NCBI RefSeq assembly: GCF_964213995.1
Contig: NW_027590204.1
Span: 434,001-498,000, forward strand
Source of the DNA: Mustelus asterias
Lineage: Eukaryota
Reading direction: 5' to 3'
DNA: 64,000 bases
The notes beneath the pieces were generated by a model that worked only from the letters and a program-made list of their open reading frames with translations, did no database searches and was not told the origin of the DNA. Below, one piece after another: positions 62,990 through 64,000 of the stretch. The position numbers were made by a program, and so were the translations under genes. Position 1 is the first letter of the stretch; each line of letters opens with the position of its first letter.

Positions 62990-63082
62990 AGGTGTGGTGA
63001 AAGCTTCAACCAATCATCTGGCCTTTTGGAACATAATTGCAGTCACAGGGAGATGCCATGGAAATGTGGGAATTGTGGGAAG
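62990..63082 (+). pseudogene. ZNF remnant truncated by CR1
   Basis: CGESFNQSSGLLEHNCSH..PWKCGNCGK then an antisense CR1 tail. Confidence 0.7.
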
Positions 63083-63785
63083 AACATAAGAACTAGGAGC
63101 AGGAGTAGGCCATCTGGCCCCTCGAGCCTCGTGGCTGATCTTTTTGTGGACTCAGCTCCACTTACACGCCCGCTCACCATCGCCCTTAACTCCTTTACTG
63201 TTCAATAATTTATCTATCCTTGCCTAAAAACATTCAGTAAGGTCACCCCAACTGCTTCACTGGGCAAGGAATTTCAAAGATTCACAACCCTTTGTGTGAA
63301 GAAGTTCCTCCTCAACTCAGTCCTAAATCTGCTTCCCCTTATTTTTAGGCTATGCCCCCGAGTTCTAGTTTCACCCGCCAGTGGAAACAACTTCCCTGCT
63401 TGTATCGTATCTATTCCCTTAATCTTATATGTTTCTATAAGATCTCCCCTCATTCTTCTGAATTCCAATGAGTATAGCCCCAATTTACTCAGTCTCTCCT
63501 CATAAGCCAACCCTCTCAACTCCAGAATCAACCTCGTGAATCTCCTCTGCACCCCCTCCAGTGCCAGTATATCATTTCTCAAGTAAGGAGACCAAAACTG
63601 TACACAGTACTCCAGGTGTGGCCTCACCAGCACCTTATACAGCTGCAACATAATCTCGCTGTTTTTAAACTCTATCCCTCTTACAATGAAGGACAAAATT
63701 CCATTTGCCTTCTTAATTACCTGTTGCACCTGCAAACCAACTCTTTGAGATTCCTGCACAAGGACACCCCTGTCCCTCTGCACAG
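63081..63785 (-). mobile_element. CR1 3' end
   Basis: LVRPHLEYCVQFWSP, TRGHSLKI, FFTQRVVNL; tail AGAACATAAGAAC. Confidence 0.92.
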
Positions 63786-64000
63786 CGTAAGAAGTCTCAC
63801 AACACCAGGTTAAAGTCCAACAGGTTTATTTGGTAGCAAATACCATAAGCTTTCGGAGCACTGCTCCTTCGTCAGATGGAGTGGAAGTGTGCTCTCAAAC
63901 AGTGCAAACAGACAAAATCAAGTTGCAGAATACTGATTAGAATGCGAATCCTCCAGCCAGCCAGGTCTTAAAGGTACAGACAATGTGGGTGGAGGGAACA
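63786..64000 (-). mobile_element. Penelope-like pLTR running off the window, with intact hammerhead motif at 63843-63879
   Basis: Reverse complement: CCAT-CTGACGA-A-GGAGC(AGT)GCTCC-GAA-AGCT-T-ATGG; aligns to 23200-23414. Confidence 0.88.

Overview
This is eukaryotic DNA, almost certainly from a cartilaginous fish (shark), judging by many HE1-type V-SINEs and HER1/CR1 LINEs. The window is a tandem cluster of about 10 C2H2 zinc-finger (ZNF) genes and pseudogenes with no visible effector domain. Four have open frames (20.2-21.3k, 30.9-31.7k, 46.6-47.6k, 55.2-56.2k); the rest are frameshifted, truncated or interrupted. They appear to be driven by duplicated CpG-rich, apparently bidirectional promoter/exon-1 cassettes. 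The cluster sits in dense retroelement debris: one near-full-length CR1, many CR1 fragments, L2, Rex1, a Tx1/L1-like 3' end, SINEs and a Penelope-like (GIY-YIG) element. The most notable signals are (i) minimal hammerhead-ribozyme motifs in Penelope-like ends, with covariation between copies, plus a second short-element family whose reconstructed core carries the U3-A8 swap; (ii) a chimeric ZNF gene and finger modules shared between paralogs; (iii) an inverted-repeat promoter cassette; (iv) a 28-bp CRE/splice-donor array; (v) a probable decayed Ig-domain exon. Repeat boundaries were read by eye and are approximate. Nothing was checked against a database.
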